Source: Marsupella aquatica (lineage: Eukaryota > Plantae > Marchantiophyta). Taken from it: a stretch of 64,000 nucleotides of DNA. Both the position numbers and the translations under genes were made by a program. The DNA is taken from NCBI GenBank assembly GCA_973895155.1, contig OZ316897.1:12335275-12399274 (forward strand), given 5' to 3'. The notes beneath the pieces were generated by a model, which was not told where the DNA came from, did no database searches, and saw nothing but the letters and a program-made list of their open reading frames with translations. The stretch's first letter is position 1, and each line of letters starts with the position of its first letter. Shown here in pieces: positions 14,463 through 43,360 of this stretch.

Positions 14463-14468
<6 letters not shown>
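14291..14468. repeat. 89-bp tandem duplication in the proximal 3'UTR of PGM copy A
   Basis: 'tgaatttaagctctctcaaactatcaatcaaccagctagaatattgataggtgaagccaaaacagagtca' twice (about 14292 and 14380). Confidence 0.9.
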
Positions 14469-22982
<8,514 letters not shown>

Positions 22983-24289
22983 TAATTATGGGACAGCCAA
23001 CGGTGTAGCACCTGCTCCTTCATTTTGCTCCTTATCAGTGCGTTCATTCATTCCTGATCAAGGGCCTTGGACGGGCGGGGTGTGGATTGTCAACAGTATG
23101 TCGATTGAGAAAAATGGGAGGTTCATATCTCGAGAGGATGTGCTGATTCTTTGTCCTTACATTACGCAACTTGGCAATTATAGAAGAACACAATGGAGGG
23201 AGAACAGGAGAGAGATCAAGGAGGCATTCTCAATGAGAGGACCAAGATTCATGTGACATAAATTGTTGTCAATTCACACCCCACATGTCCATGAGTGTAT
23301 GATTATAGTGTCACATTATTAACACGAATGACTTTACCGGCCTATTTAGAATGTCAGACTTGTTCTCTTAAATTGTTTTACCTATGTCTCAAAACTAGAA
23401 TGAGTATGATTGGCCTTTGTAAACTTCTGTAGCATTGATGTGTTGGCCATTCTCTCAGAAGCCTGTTTATTTTTCTTGGCTACCCTCCCTAACCTGACAC
23501 ATACATCCAAAAAGTGCCCTCTCCTAATAACTGGCCCCTCTATTGAGCACTAGTGCATCACTTGTGCCTTTGGCATTAGTTCCTAAGATCACAAGTTCCT
23601 TCCATTTTGACAGGAGAAGCTCTCCAATTCACATAAAGCCTCACCAAACTGAGCTTTTATTATATGAGAGCCATTTGGGTTTGAGTCAAAGAGGTTTATG
23701 CTTGTGCACTGCTATGTATTTTGTTTGGGGAGCCGATCTGTGCTTGTTAAAGGACCATCCACACTGCTGCTGTGTAACTGACATAATTGGCCTTTCCCAG
23801 CCAGACTACCAAATTCCCGCTTGCACTTGAGCTCTTCAGTATCTATAAGCCATATCAGCAAACTCACATGTTTGCATCTGACATGAGACATGGAAGTTTT
23901 CTCCCTGCCTCTGCCTTGGGAAATATTGGTTATGTCAATTTTCAGGCCCGAAAGGCTGCCACTTGTGCAAGACAAGTCCTGCTGTTCCTCTATTGATCTA
24001 TGACAACCCCAAACACAGTTCCAAAAATGATATATCCCATCTTGAGACTGGAAAACTAGTGCGGATGATCTTAGGACTGGGAACAAACAGGGCTTGCGAT
24101 ATCCATCTTAGAATGTATTTTCCTTGGAACATCTCAGAAGATATTATGAACATCAATTTGTTTTAAGGTGGTAACATTTGAACTTGCCAAATTCCACCTC
24201 GAGCAGAATCAAAGCTTTAATTCCCACTTTTGGCCAAAATGTGCCAGAGTTTTTGGGTTCCCTTGGGCAGTTTCCACCAAGGCACAGTC

Positions 24290-25740
24290 CCTATTATCCA
24301 GCATCTGAAGCTCTCCTTTAATTTAGGGAGATCTAGTGGTCTAGCTAGATTAATCTAGGATATTCTGATAGAATTCCTAGCATCTCCTCTCGACACAAGA
24401 TAACATTTCCACCATAACAAAGGAAAGGTCACCATGCCGTTGAGTCTTTGACCCTCCGAGCCATTGAGAATATTCTATCCATCCATCCTGTCCTCCCTCT
24501 GGAGCGCTGCTGTTGTGGTGGTGACTGCTCTGGGTATTGATTATACTAACAGATTGTTCATCCACAAACCTCGCCACGTACAAACGGATGCCTAGTATGT
24601 AATTCACAAGGCGGAAGCGAAACTTGCTCCACCTGCCACACAACCATCAAGGCTGTATGATGAGTCTTTTTAGTGGCAATATTTGCCAAAACCCACCTCT
24701 CTCAGAATCCTTTGCCACTTCTAGCTGAATTTAATTTTAAATTTTGTTGGAGCTCATTAGCCAAACTACAGGGTCCAATAGTCACAATCTGATTGATGGC
24801 TCTCCTTAAATTAAATCTAGGGAATTGGGGAGGGTGATCAAAGAAATGGCCACAAGGAGCATTCTCCTCACAGACACGATGTACCATTGGCCAGACAAAT
24901 GTTGAAGCTCCTTTAACCACTGCTGCCTGTATTTCAACAATGAGATACCAGTGTCTCTCATTGTACATTATGTATAGTGGCAATTTTTTGGTAATTTTTG
25001 GGAATTTGGTAACTCATTGTCATACTCATCAGTTGATCACAAGGGTCAATTCATGACTCAAAATGTAGACCTACGATTATAGAAAAGGCTTCCAAAAATA
25101 GTTCTGTGAGGACTTTGCAAAAACGTTTGTTTTCATTGGCAAAAAATGAGCTTACAGTAAGTGAGTTACAAGGCATGCAGTAGAGAGAAGAGAGCACTCT
25201 TCACTCGGGCCTTTTATACCATGGCAAATTTTTGGCAAATGTTTAAATTTTTTGCCAATTTTGCCAAATTTCACCTCACTCGAAAGTCTTAGCCATTTCT
25301 AGCAAAAAATCCTGCAAGTTTTTGTCTTTGCTTAACCAGTTTCCCACCAGCCAGAATCTGATGATTGTCCTGAAATCTTGGGAGATCTAAGAGTTCAGAA
25401 TTAAGTATGGGAATTACAGTAGATCAGGAACATTCTTGACATCTTCTCCTTTACCCAAGGTGATATTTGCCACCTTGGGTGAAAATAAAAACCTCATTAA
25501 ATCCGGTTTTCACGCAACGATGAAACAAGGTGCTCCGTACGAATTAGTGATGCTCCAAATTCCTGGCGATGGTTGGCTTCACTGTCTGCTTTAATGGCAA
25601 AAATTTCATAGATTCCACCTTTCCTAAAGTAGTTTTTTTTTTCGTCCATTAGAATGTTCCCCCACCTAGCCACAGACCCCACTAGCCAGAATTTAAAAGC
25701 CAGTCCTTAAATGTAGGAGATCTGGCGGTCAGGATCAAAC
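24290..25740. repeat. Several fragments of a dispersed repeat family, also at about 35940-36030 and 50140-50380
   Basis: Shared core 'agccagaatctga..ctccttaaat(c/g)tagg(g/a)gatct(g)..ggtc' at about 24300, 24790, 25350, 25682, 35945 and 50255. Confidence 0.55.
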
Positions 25741-25848
25741 CTATGAATGTTATATAACGAATATTCGTAGCATCTGCGAGGTGTCACGCAGGCGATAAAG
25801 AGAAAGCCTTAAAAAATGAAAAGTTAGTCTGTTCTGTAGTGAACAGTA

Positions 25849-26549
25849 GTGATGCTCGAAATTCCTGGCGATGGCTGTCGTCCTTTCCTTCGTCCTCCTG
25901 TCTCTCGTTCTGTCCTTCTCTAAATTCTAAAATCTTCTCCCCCACTGTTGTAGCTCCTCATGATTACTTGGGCGTCTCCCAAACTGCAGCGATGGCTGGC
26001 GTCCTCTCCTTCGTCCTCTTGTCTCCCGTTCTGTCCTCCTCTAAAACTTCTCCTCCTCTCCTCTACAAGCCTACAACTGTCGCTCCTCATGATTACTTCT
26101 CCCCACTGCAGCGATGGCTGGCGTCCTCTCCTTCATCCTCTTGTCTCCCGTTCTGTCCTTCTCTAAACTCGTCTCCTCGAGTACTATAGCTCATGATTGC
26201 TTGGGCGTCTCTCTTCTGCCACTCTCTCCAATGTCTACCGCTGCTCCAGTCTTACTGCCTGTAAATCCGGAGAGATTGATGCAGCGATGTCCCAAACATA
26301 ATCTGTAGAAAGCGGAGGTAAAGGATTCGGGCCCAGTAAGGAACGAGACGAAGCGAATTCTCTGAGGTTGCGAAACATCAGAGGGTCCGCCTACAACAAC
26401 GGCAACTTACTTTCCGAGAGACACGTACGAGAGCAGACATTATTCTCCAGCTTCGAGGAGGAGACGGCCTGAAATTGCATTTAGGCAGGCTGCAACGACA
26501 GGCACTTTAGTTCAGACTTTGCACAGGACGAGAGTAGATTGTGTAAAGA
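25849..26549 (+). promoter_or_regulatory. Inverted copy of the Trx-x upstream region and 5'UTR, placed in front of PGM copy B
   Basis: Aligns to the reverse complement of about 11220-10481: 'gatgctc.aaattcctggcgatggctgtcgtcc', 'tctgtag.aagcggaggt.aaggatt', 'ccgagaga.acgtacgagagcagacat', 'tagattgtg.aaagaATG'. Confidence 0.88.
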
Positions 26550-33295
<6,746 letters not shown>

Positions 33296-33885
33296 TTCTG
33301 TGAAGCATGACTGTATTTTTGCTTTTAGTTGAAGCGATCAATTTTTTCTGGCTTTTTGATAAAGTTTGGATGACGAGAATTCGTTTATGATAGTGAGTAG
33401 AAGTCACTGAGGCTCAAACAGAGTGTCAACTTTAGGCTTTGAGTTATGCCAGTCATGAGGTGATACGTTCTCCAACACATCTTTAGTAGCTTGTATTTGT
33501 AGATTGGCGGGAATCATGGAACTAGATCCCACCAACCAAAATGTGAAAGTTTTTGATAGATGGTTGATCTGACTTGCAACTGGGAAATATTGTCTTGAGT
33601 GGAAGTTCTCCCATGTGGAGGTGTACAATCATTAATGTTTGCTGTACCTTTATTTGAACCAGGTTATGAACTTGGATTTATTATTCATTGGATTTTGCAT
33701 GAACCTCAAGAACTATAGTAATGTCTTATCTGGATAACGATCCCCAAGGTTTGAAGATCTTGGTAAGAGGCTACTTTATTGGACCATGGGCCTCACTTGC
33801 CAAGTTACAAGGCCAACATTAGGTTATGGAAAATAAAAAGCTGGAGAGTTGTGAAGTTGGAGAAAAACGTGCATTCACAATCAGC

Positions 33886-34022
33886 AGTACCATTTGGAAG
33901 AGATGACATATGACTAGCATATTGGAAATGAACCACAGTCCAACCTAGACAGTGTACCATTTGGAAGAGATGACATACGACTGGCATGTTGGAAATGAAC
34001 CACAGTCAGCCTAGATAGTGCA
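33886..34022. repeat. Two-copy tandem duplication, about 68 bp
   Basis: 'gtaccatttggaagagatgacata.gact.gcat.ttggaaatgaaccacagtc..cctaga.agtg' twice. Confidence 0.9.
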
Positions 34023-34027
34023 GGCGG

Positions 34028-34115
34028 AGGGCCTGTAGCTCACTGGTAGAGTACTTAACTCACTGGTAGAGTACTAGATGTAACTAGAGCCTAGGTTCAA
34101 TTCCTGGCCAGTCCA
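34028..34115 (+). pseudogene. tRNA-derived sequence (SINE head or tRNA pseudogene)
   Basis: GGGCCTGTAGCTCACTGGTAGAG (A box, locally duplicated) ... GGTTCAATTCC (B box) ... CCA; no clean anticodon arm. Confidence 0.6.
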
Positions 34116-37100
34116 TGTTTTGTTGCAAGTTTGAAAATGGCCAGGAAAGCCAGAGTCTTATTTGTAAGGCTCTTTTTCAATTTTCAGATCCTAGGCTGAA
34201 AAGCCTGCAATATGTTGCATGTATTTTTTTAATTTAAAAATGTACTTTTAGGATCAATTTAACTGGGAAATAGAAAGAGGGAGTTCTAGTTGACCAACAA
34301 TGAAAATGGTGATCTTCACCTCGTGAGTACCTTAAATGTAACAAAAGGAATTGATGTACTTAATTTTTTCTTACTGGGAAGTCCATTACTCAAAATCCAA
34401 AAAGAGTAGAATAAATCCACGAGTTAGAAACAGCCAAGACATTGAGTAGATCTTGTCTTCTTACACTCAGGAAGGTGGTGAATCCTCCTCACACAGATTT
34501 TCTGATATCCAAGTACAATTTAGCGAGATTTTCACAATCTTGCAATAATGTTTCTGAATTAGTTGTCAGCAGCATTTTCAGATAAAAATTTGATAAAAGG
34601 TAATCAAAACCAAAAAGGCTGCCTTGACCCAACCCCAACACTCCCCTCCCCGGCAAGAACTTACAATATCATTTTCAAGGGCCACATTTTAGTTGTTTTC
34701 TGGTCAAAATGGCCCAAGGATAACCTTGTCACACCATGGATCAAAGCACAGCAAAGACCCCCTGATTGAACAGGTATCTTGGGCCCAGCTTGCATCTCTT
34801 GTTGCATTTGACTTGCAGTAAAGAGTTGTGCTCAAGACAAAAAAATCAAACAAAAAATACAAAGCACACCAAAGTTATCTACAGTAAAGTTTGAACTTAG
34901 CCATCCTGGACAGGTAATCCGGAGATAGAGCTACTCACATGCAAGTTACTCTAATAGGGTGTCTCAAAGTTCACAGTCATTAATTCCCCAGTTATGGGTT
35001 AGGGATGCAATTCTTATGGACATTGAAACAAGTGTTTGGTAATTTTTTGATGTTAATAGACATCCGGAAGCCATGGCCGTGAGGAAAGTTCATAGGCTGG
35101 GCACAACAAACAAAATGTTTACCTGACATGGTGGTGAACATTTGTGGTTAATATGGTTTGAGATCTGTTGAGCATAGACGACATTCGCAACTGCAAGCCC
35201 ATAAACCATTCAACGTACAAAAGTCGACATACAGAGATATGTGGTTCACCTCCACATGAGACTATGTCCACGGGAACACACAAGAGCTTTACTGCACTCT
35301 AGGTTGACCGGCCATACCAAGCATCCACAACACAAGCTCTCCCTATCTCTCAATTAACTCCGTAACAATGAGCCTTAAGTTCCCCTAGGGTCTGGCACCA
35401 GCCTTGGCTATATACACAACAGAACTATCGCTAACATTAACTAAGTCCTAACCCGAGTTAGCCTAACTGTGATTAGCTCATGAGTCACAAGACTAAGAGC
35501 AATACCTAACAAGATCCTCAATTGCAAAAATTTTTTTTTACTTGCTTCTAGACTTTTGAGAGCGGTCAATAGACAATTTTCCAAGCAAAAAGTATTCTCT
35601 GTCTATCTTTCTGGTATTTCACCTGCATTCAGCCAAAACATGTGCTTGCAGCCAATCTTAACAGATAACACTACTTTCCAGGGGCACTCGCCCTGTATGT
35701 AAGCTTCAGTGTTGCGTCTGAAATTTTACTTCCCATTTTTCCGGCTTATACTTTATTTTTCATTTAATAAATTTCTGTTTGAACTTAATTACCACTACAC
35801 AGGTAGTCAGATTTTATGTGACAAAACCAGACTGGTGGAGGATTGGGAGCCCAATATTTCAATACATTGTAGCTCTCTGAAAGTCTGTTATTTTCCGCAA
35901 AAAATTGCTACATTTTCCTCTGTCATTAACCAGTTTTCCAATCTAGCTAGAATCTGGCGGTCAGAAATTAATCTAGAAAATTTGATCAGGTAGATTCCTG
36001 GCAGCGTCTTCCCCACAGAAGGTGACGTTGGCCACCCTGGAGAAATTATGATAGAAAAATAACAAACCTTTAAAAATAGATTGATTGGAGGCCCTACTGT
36101 AGAAGTTCAAGGCCAATAAATCTGGGACAATGTGAGAGCCACAAAGAGCGGATTGCGAGGTGGGACCTACAAACCAAAAGCCATCCCCATTTCCAGACTT
36201 CAGACTTCAATTTGTGGTCAGGAATGAATTTCTGAGTATGGATAATAAAAGAGAATCGATGACTCACCACCAGTTCTACCCTCTTCTCCTGCTTCCACGT
36301 TGCACCTCTTGTACCCTGAAACATGACAATCATGATGACGGTGCTCTCTCTCTCTCTCTCTCTCTCTGAGTGCACCCCTCATAAGTGCAAAACCTGGCTG
36401 ACAGCGCGGTGTCCATTCTTGGTTTTTTTTCCCCAGAGTTTGCACTGTTTTTGCAGCTTTGTAAGTGCATAAAGACATCAAATGGTTTTCTAAATGACAA
36501 CTTTGTGAGTGGAATCCTCCCTCGATAAGTGTACACTAATACTTCTTGGCAAGCGCATAATCCCATATTTCACTTACTGACAATTGCATCCGACTTTCTA
36601 GTAGAGTAAGAATTGCACTTATGGGTATGGGACTGAATTTTGGACTGGGATTCTTTTCCAAATGAAATCCATTAGAGAGTACTGCATTAAACATTGACAT
36701 ATCAAGCTTGTTGCATTAACCACTAACATATCAAGCTTGACCATGTTTGAACTTACAAAGTCCAGATATGAGCCGACCTTAAATGCAACTCCCCTTCCCT
36801 CTTTTCCTTTGTAGTTTCATGGGAAGTCTCCAGCCATGACACCCTTGCCAGCCTTGCGGGTTCCAAGTCTCATAAACCCTTCCTGAATGAAGCCATGGGA
36901 CCCCTGGACCAACCTGGCCTGGGGATTATGAAATTTGAATGATAAATTGAGTAAAGTGCAAGTGACAAGTAGTGACAGATCAGACTTTTCCTATATAAAA
37001 CTGAATTGAATGCTATGTAAAAATTCACTCAGGCTCTGCGCTTGGAAATTCATCCGTACTTGAGGATAATGATTGTAACCCCCTCAGGCTCAGTGCTCTC

Positions 37101-37406
37101 AGGAATTACAGCCCATTACCCCCTCTTGGGGATGGGTTACCCTACACATGATCCAGCCCGCCTAGCCTAGTCTATCCAAATCTCAAAATATTGGGGGTTA
37201 TGTTGGTAAACCATGGCCTGTTTGGGGGCCATGGCTGTAACCCCCTAGGGCTCACCACCCTTGGGGATTATTACACCTCATAACCCCCCCTTGGCCATGG
37301 GCTGACCCCTTACATGTAAACAGTAAAGTGTGACCTTAGTAACTTTGAATCTTACCGGAATCTAGTGTAAGAAACTGGGGCCACAAATCCATCGAGCTCA
37401 CCGTAT

Positions 37407-37531
37407 CAAACACTGACATATCGGAATTTCCGCATCAAACACTGAGATATCGAGATTGAACGCATTCAAACACTGATATATCGAGATTGAGCTAGTTCAA
37501 ACACTGACATATCGAGATTGAACGTGTTTGA
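37407..37531. repeat. Four-copy minisatellite, 29-31 bp, upstream of HCF173
   Basis: 'caaacactga(c/g/t)atatcg' at about 37407, 37436, 37467 and 37498. Confidence 0.9.
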
Positions 37532-38186
37532 ACTTACGAAATTGGGATATGACTGCTGACCGAAGAGTGAGTGTGCGGATGTCATGCCCAGGCTATGGTG
37601 GAGAGAGCTTCACGAGTCGCCCTTTCCTTCTTTCCGTTCCTCCCTCGCGACCCTCTGTGATGAGGAACGCAAATCAATAATCAAGCCGAAGAGCAAAAGA
37701 GAGGGACAGGAAATGTGCGGTCCGTCTCGTCAGAGCGGACAAATGCGCAAATTCTGTGAGCGACGTGGAAGAACGCCGTGAAGGGAGGATGGACCAAAAG
37801 TGTGCAATCCCAGACCCGACTCTCGAAGAGGAGCAGGCGGAGGAGAAAGAGGAGGGACTATGGAGAGGATGTGACCGATTGGTTAGAGTTTCGATTCAGT
37901 TCCAGCCTGGAGACGAAGAAAGAGACGACCCACCGAATCTGTTACTGTGAATTCCTGTCACTGGATGGATAAAATGGATTGTAGCCGAAGAATGGACGAG
38001 TAATTGAGTGAGAAGATGAATGCGTGAATGGATGGTGTGTGGTGGTGGTGGTGGTGTGGAGTTAAGTAAGCAAGAGGATAGATCTAAGGAATTAGGCAGG
38101 ATGGGTGAAGGAGGATTAGAGGAGTAGTTTGGAAGGAAATCGGTTAATCACAGAGAAAGGGCTGAGGGAGACGGACGAGATTGGCG

Positions 38187-41100
38187 ATGGCGGCAATTGC
38201 GTCGCCGCTGTTAGCCCAAGGAGTGTTGTGGAACGAGAGAAGCGCAGGTTTATCATTTTTTCCAGCATCCTCATCTGCAGCAGCCTCGTCCAGTTGCTGC
38301 CGAGGTTGGAGTGGCAATGCTCATAATGCCTACAATGCGGTGAGACCTCACAATGTCTCCAAATTAGGACTGTCTTTTAGATGGAACTCGAGAGTGTTAG
38401 TACCTCGTGCAGCAGCAGGAGATGGAGAGGATGGAGGATCATCATCATCGCCATCATCGCCGTCATCATCGTCATCGCCTAGTAGGACCAGTGCCAATGA
38501 CGGAGCAGAAGCAGGAGGGGTTGCAGAAGAGCCCGGCAGTGGAGAGAAGAGGATTAGCAGCGAGAGAATAAGCCTTGTTTCGTCATCCAGTGGCAGTAGC
38601 AAGGAGGAGAAGCAGCTGACGTTGGACGATGTGAATCCAGTGGGACTGGGGCGGAAGGCTCGGCAGCTGTATGATGATGTGTGGAAGCGGTTGACGGAGC
38701 TTGGGCAGCTCACTCGCTCGTATGATGATGACTTGGAGCAGGTACTGGTGGGTGGGGCAATGTGTGATTTCACCACCCCCAATGCTGATCTCACTACTGT
38801 TCTCGTCGCCGGTGCCACCGGCCGTGTGGGACGCATTCTCATCCGAAAGCTCCAGCTCAGAGGTTACAAAGTCAAGGTGTGTGCTTTGGTTCTTGTGGGT
38901 GTGGCGGTTCCTGTTACCATTCTGCTGGTTGCTTCCTTGCTGTGGAATGATGGTGTCCAATTTGGGTCCCACAGCTTTAATTGCATCTCCTTCTGCTTTT
39001 GATTCTGTTTAACTCCTGTGTTTTCTCTGGAGATTCTTGTGAATTCGATTCAAATGAGGTTGTGAGCTCTATACAGGCAATGAGCCTTTGTCTTACAACG
39101 TCCTGGGCAAAGAGAGCCTTAGTCGTAATCAGTCGTTTGCATTTTGCAAAAAACTTACAGAATTTGAGAACCCGAAAGCAAACCTTGGAAGCTAGCTTAT
39201 AATGGAAGGAAGAAGGTTTTTACCTGACAATTTACTGGGCATTGAGTGCAATAGCTGTGCTTGAGGTCTAGTTTTGAACGGAACAATGCCAAGTTCGAGA
39301 TTTTGTAGTTAGGTTACCAGGGACTAGTGCCTTCTCTAAGTATGGAACCAATTCCGTGGAAGGAAAAATTGCCAATCGGAAAGGGTTCTAGAAAATCCAA
39401 GTGAACAGTCTAGGAAAGGCAAAAAATTGCCAATGTCAATGTCCTGGAATTATACAGTAGGAGAGACTCTTGTTCTTCCATAATGAGGTCGTCTGGGTGA
39501 TTCCTAAGGAAAGACTGTAGCATCATAGAATGGGTGTGTCAAGTCGAGGTTCTAAATCTGATAGCAGTCCTTTTATTGCAGGCATTAGTGCGGAGCAACG
39601 ATCCGGGCACCCTAGAAATGCTACCCCGATCGGTGCAAATAGTAATAGGAGACCTGGGAGATCCGGAGACTTTGAAAACTGCAGTCGAAGGATGTAATAA
39701 GATCGTGTGCTGCGCAACTGCACGCTCTGACGTTACGGGAGATTTGTTTCGTGTGGATAATAGAGGTGTATATAACCTTTCGAAAGCGTTTCAGGATTAT
39801 AACCACAAGTTGGCCCAAACTAGGGCAGGGAGGAGCAGCAAAAGCAAATTATCTATAGCTAAGTTCGGTAAAGCGGACCAACTCGAAGGATGGGATCTTG
39901 CAGAAGGCACATATTTCGCGGACGACGTCGCAGTGAAATATGATGGAGGTATGGATGCACAGCTAGAGGTCGAGGAGGATGGCAAATCCGTTTACTCAGG
40001 TGCGTGGAACTCCCTGGAGTATACTTCTCCTCCGTAAATCCCTCTGGGTCTAACTGCTTTGAACTGTTCTCCCTGATTTGTTGTGCGTTGTGGTTTTTCA
40101 TTGGATTCTTCGAGTTCACTGATTTACTGGAATCACTAGAACATAGAAGGGATTTCATTTCGGAGGTCCCACTTATCTTGTTTTACTAACAATGCCAATC
40201 GTCGTTAGTTCTTAACTGTTCAGTGCACATTTGTAGGATATGTTTTTACACGGGGAGGATATGTGGAGCTGTGGAAGAGAATATCCCTTCCTCCTGGCCT
40301 CACCCTCGATAGGTTTACTCTCTGGACCCAATTATTGAAGTCACGTATCTCTCCTCAAATCTGGTTTTCTCATCGGCTTCCCTGGTTCGCAACCAAATGT
40401 GTTTTGAGGGCTGAAGAGATAGCACAGATCAATATGTCTGGTAGCAATTGGCCAGTTCAGGGCCTGGAAGGTCCGACTGTTAACAGTTTCCTTTCAATGG
40501 TGTGAGGCCGGATTAGTTTATTCACCTCGCATTGAACTTATGCAGATACGAGGGGCTGGTACTCTCGGTGTGCGGCGATGGCAAGACTTACTCTTTGATT
40601 CTAAAGACTAGTGCTGGCGAAGATTCGTCTCAAACTAGACAATACTATTCTCGATTTCCAACCCGGCTAGGTTACAGCAGGGTACGTCTATTGAATAACC
40701 TGAACTGAATCTAATGTACTGGTGATTTATGTCATCTAATTGTGTAAATTAGAGTAGCAGCTGACAAAGTAGTACGTGGTGAAAGCTTACATTAAGCGGT
40801 GCATTGTTCTAAGAAAGTCTTTATTTTGCAGATAAGAATACCCTTCTCTACATTTCGGCCAATGAAGGAGCAGGATCCACCTCTTGATCCATTTTTTGTA
40901 CACACCCTTGCCATCAGATTCGAGCCTAGGCGACAAGTGAGTCTCGTACATTTACAGCTACTCTCCCGGATCTGGTCGGGATTATTAAAAAAATTCAGTA
41001 AAATGTGAATGGCACTCACGAAATGAGCTTGTGATCAGTTTTCGACGTAGCCACCTGCTTTAGTCTAACTCTGGAAGGGTGCCTCTAACTGAGCATTCAC

Positions 41101-42458
41101 ATTATGGTTCTAAAGTGATCACCACGTTTTGCGTGCAGAAAGCTCCGCCAGCAGGACGTCCTTCAAATGGAACTCCTGCTGCAGAACCAAGGGATCAGAG
41201 CAGCTTCAAATTGACGCTAGACTACATCAAAGCTTTACCGGTGGGTTCTTTGGCCACCTGATGCATCACACTTTTCAGCATAGCTCTTGGAGTTCTGAAC
41301 AAAATTTAGAGCTAACAACTTTTGTCTGGTAACAGTTTGAGATGACTGTTAGATTCGGTTGTGCAGGGTGGGCAAGAGACAGATTTTATTCTGGTTTCTT
41401 GTGGTGGGGCAGGAATAGAACAATCAAAACGGGAGAAAGTAGTGAAGGCCAAACAGGTATCTTTCGTCATTCTTCTGAATAATATGATACTTTTCAAAGA
41501 CCAAATCATTGTATTGGATTCTTGATGGCCATTGGTTGCTCATTCTTTTGGGTTATCTCTTCAGGCGGGAGAGGCAGCACTGCGAAATTCTGGCCTGGGC
41601 TACACCATCATTAGACCAGGACCTTTACAGGTTTCCTTTGCTCCTCACCCATTCCCATTTTCACTTTGAAGAACTGAATCGAGCTGTGAGGAGAGTAAGG
41701 ATTTGATGAGCTGGGATCTTTGTATAACGATAGAGATGGTCAACATCTTGCAGGAAGAACCGGGTGGACAAAAGGCTCTTATTTTTGACCAAGGGGACCG
41801 CATCAGTCAGGTCCATATTTTGATCCCAGACCGGTCAATATTTTGTTGTTTGATGTCCTCTCTGTATGACTACATCAGGGAGACGCATGTGTTAAATTGC
41901 AGTCGGTTGTGGTTGCAATGCAGGCAATCAGCTGTGCGGATGTTGCTGATGTGTGCGTAAAGTCTCTTCATAATCCAACCGCACGGAACAAGAGCTTTGA
42001 TGTAAGCACTTTTCTGGCATCAGTTCTCATCGTTCAGTGCTCAAAAAGCTGGCACGAATCATTTGAATTTCATTCTCGAGGCTCTACGAAAACATTCGCT
42101 CATTAGAAAGTTCCAGCGTTTAGATTGGCAGATGTTGCATTGTCTCACCTGTGTAAGGTGATTTCTGAAAGTTTGTGTTCAATAGCACTTGGACGGGCTT
42201 CCTTCTGACTGCTTGCTTTCCTGTTTATCGCAGGTATGTTATGAGTATTCTGCAGAAGAAGGACAAGGGCTTTATGAGCTCGTAAGTGCCTTCCTACCAT
42301 CACTAGTTTCACGTTGTGCTTCGACAGATTGTTCTTCTTCATTTCTGTTTAGCTGCACAGGGTCTAATCTATGGTGGTGTATATAGGTGGCTCATCTTCC
42401 AGACAAGTCCAACAATTATTTGACACCAGCATTAACAGTGTTGGAGAAGAACACGTAA
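38187..42458 (+). CDS. HCF173: High chlorophyll fluorescence 173 (NAD(P)-binding Rossmann fold with CIA30-like insert)
   Basis: LDDVNPVGLGRKARQ, VLVAGATGRVGRILIRKL, KYDGGMDA, YTIIRPG, EEPGGQKALIFDQGDRISQ, ARNKSFDVCYE and C-terminal YLTPALTVLEKNT-stop, over multiple GT-AG exons. Confidence 0.92.
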
Positions 42459-42993
42459 CAGCGGAGTATAGTCAACCTAGTTGAGCCAAAATACCTAGGA
42501 TTGTACCATGGAGTGCGTAAGTCAGCCTGATGTCCAATCAAATTATAGTTCTGAGAGAGTGACTGTAAATTTTCATTGTAGAAAGAAAGCCCAGCCGCTG
42601 GGTCGCCAGTGGGTCTGTTCTCATATGGTTGATTTTTTATCTTTCTGCCAATGCAAATAAAACGGAAGCCAGTACTAGCGTTCACTGCATCCTACAATCG
42701 CAGAGGTATCTTCATCTGCACCTCAGTTTTGTTCTTCGTTTCGTTTCGGGTGGGACATCTTTCTCAGAGTAGTCTAAAAAATGCACAGATTAAACTTACT
42801 GCCTTTTTTGTATCATATCATCCAGTACTGGAAGCTTTACAATCGCTGCGGGCTTCCCTATCAGATTGACAAAATATGGCGAAACAGTCAAAGTGAAATA
42901 AAATTCGGTGCATAGTCAGATATTTCATTGCCAACTCGGAATTGGCAACGAACCCGTGAGCTTGAGAGCTTGAGATTGATCTTCCGAAACATT

Positions 42994-43360
42994 CCCCTGA
43001 GTGTTCTCTTGAACCTCACTTAAATAATGCCTTTACCTTTTTACTTCTAAACAAAACTTCGCCACAAATACTAAATCAGCTGCCGGGGCTGAGCCCAGAC
43101 CTTCAATACGACGACGAAGACACCTTCCTCAGAGTAGTTCCAAAAATGTAGAGTAGACAAACTGTTCTTGTGATCAGGAGATTATACTTCCAAAACAACC
43201 CCCTGAGTGTTCCCGTGAACCTTACTGAAATAATGCCTTTTACCTTTTCCTTGTAATCAAAACTTCCCCACAAATACGAAAGATTAGCGACAGGGGGAAG
43301 ACGGGGAAACGAACGAGGGGGAAGACGGGGAAACGAACGAGGGGAAAGACGGGGAAAAGA
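42994..43360. repeat. Direct repeat of about 80 bp (42994 and 43200) plus three 24-25 bp purine-rich units
   Basis: 'cccctgagtgttc...gaacct..ct.aaataatgcctttt?accttt' twice; 'ggggaagacggggaaacgaacga' units at 43293-43360. Confidence 0.8.

Noticed and set aside
34028-34115. Functional tRNA gene
   Set aside because: D-arm segment duplicated, acceptor stem mismatched and no recognisable anticodon arm
37407-37531. CRISPR-like repeat array
   Set aside because: Eukaryotic context, variable parts only about 12 nt and similar to each other, no cas genes; it is a minisatellite
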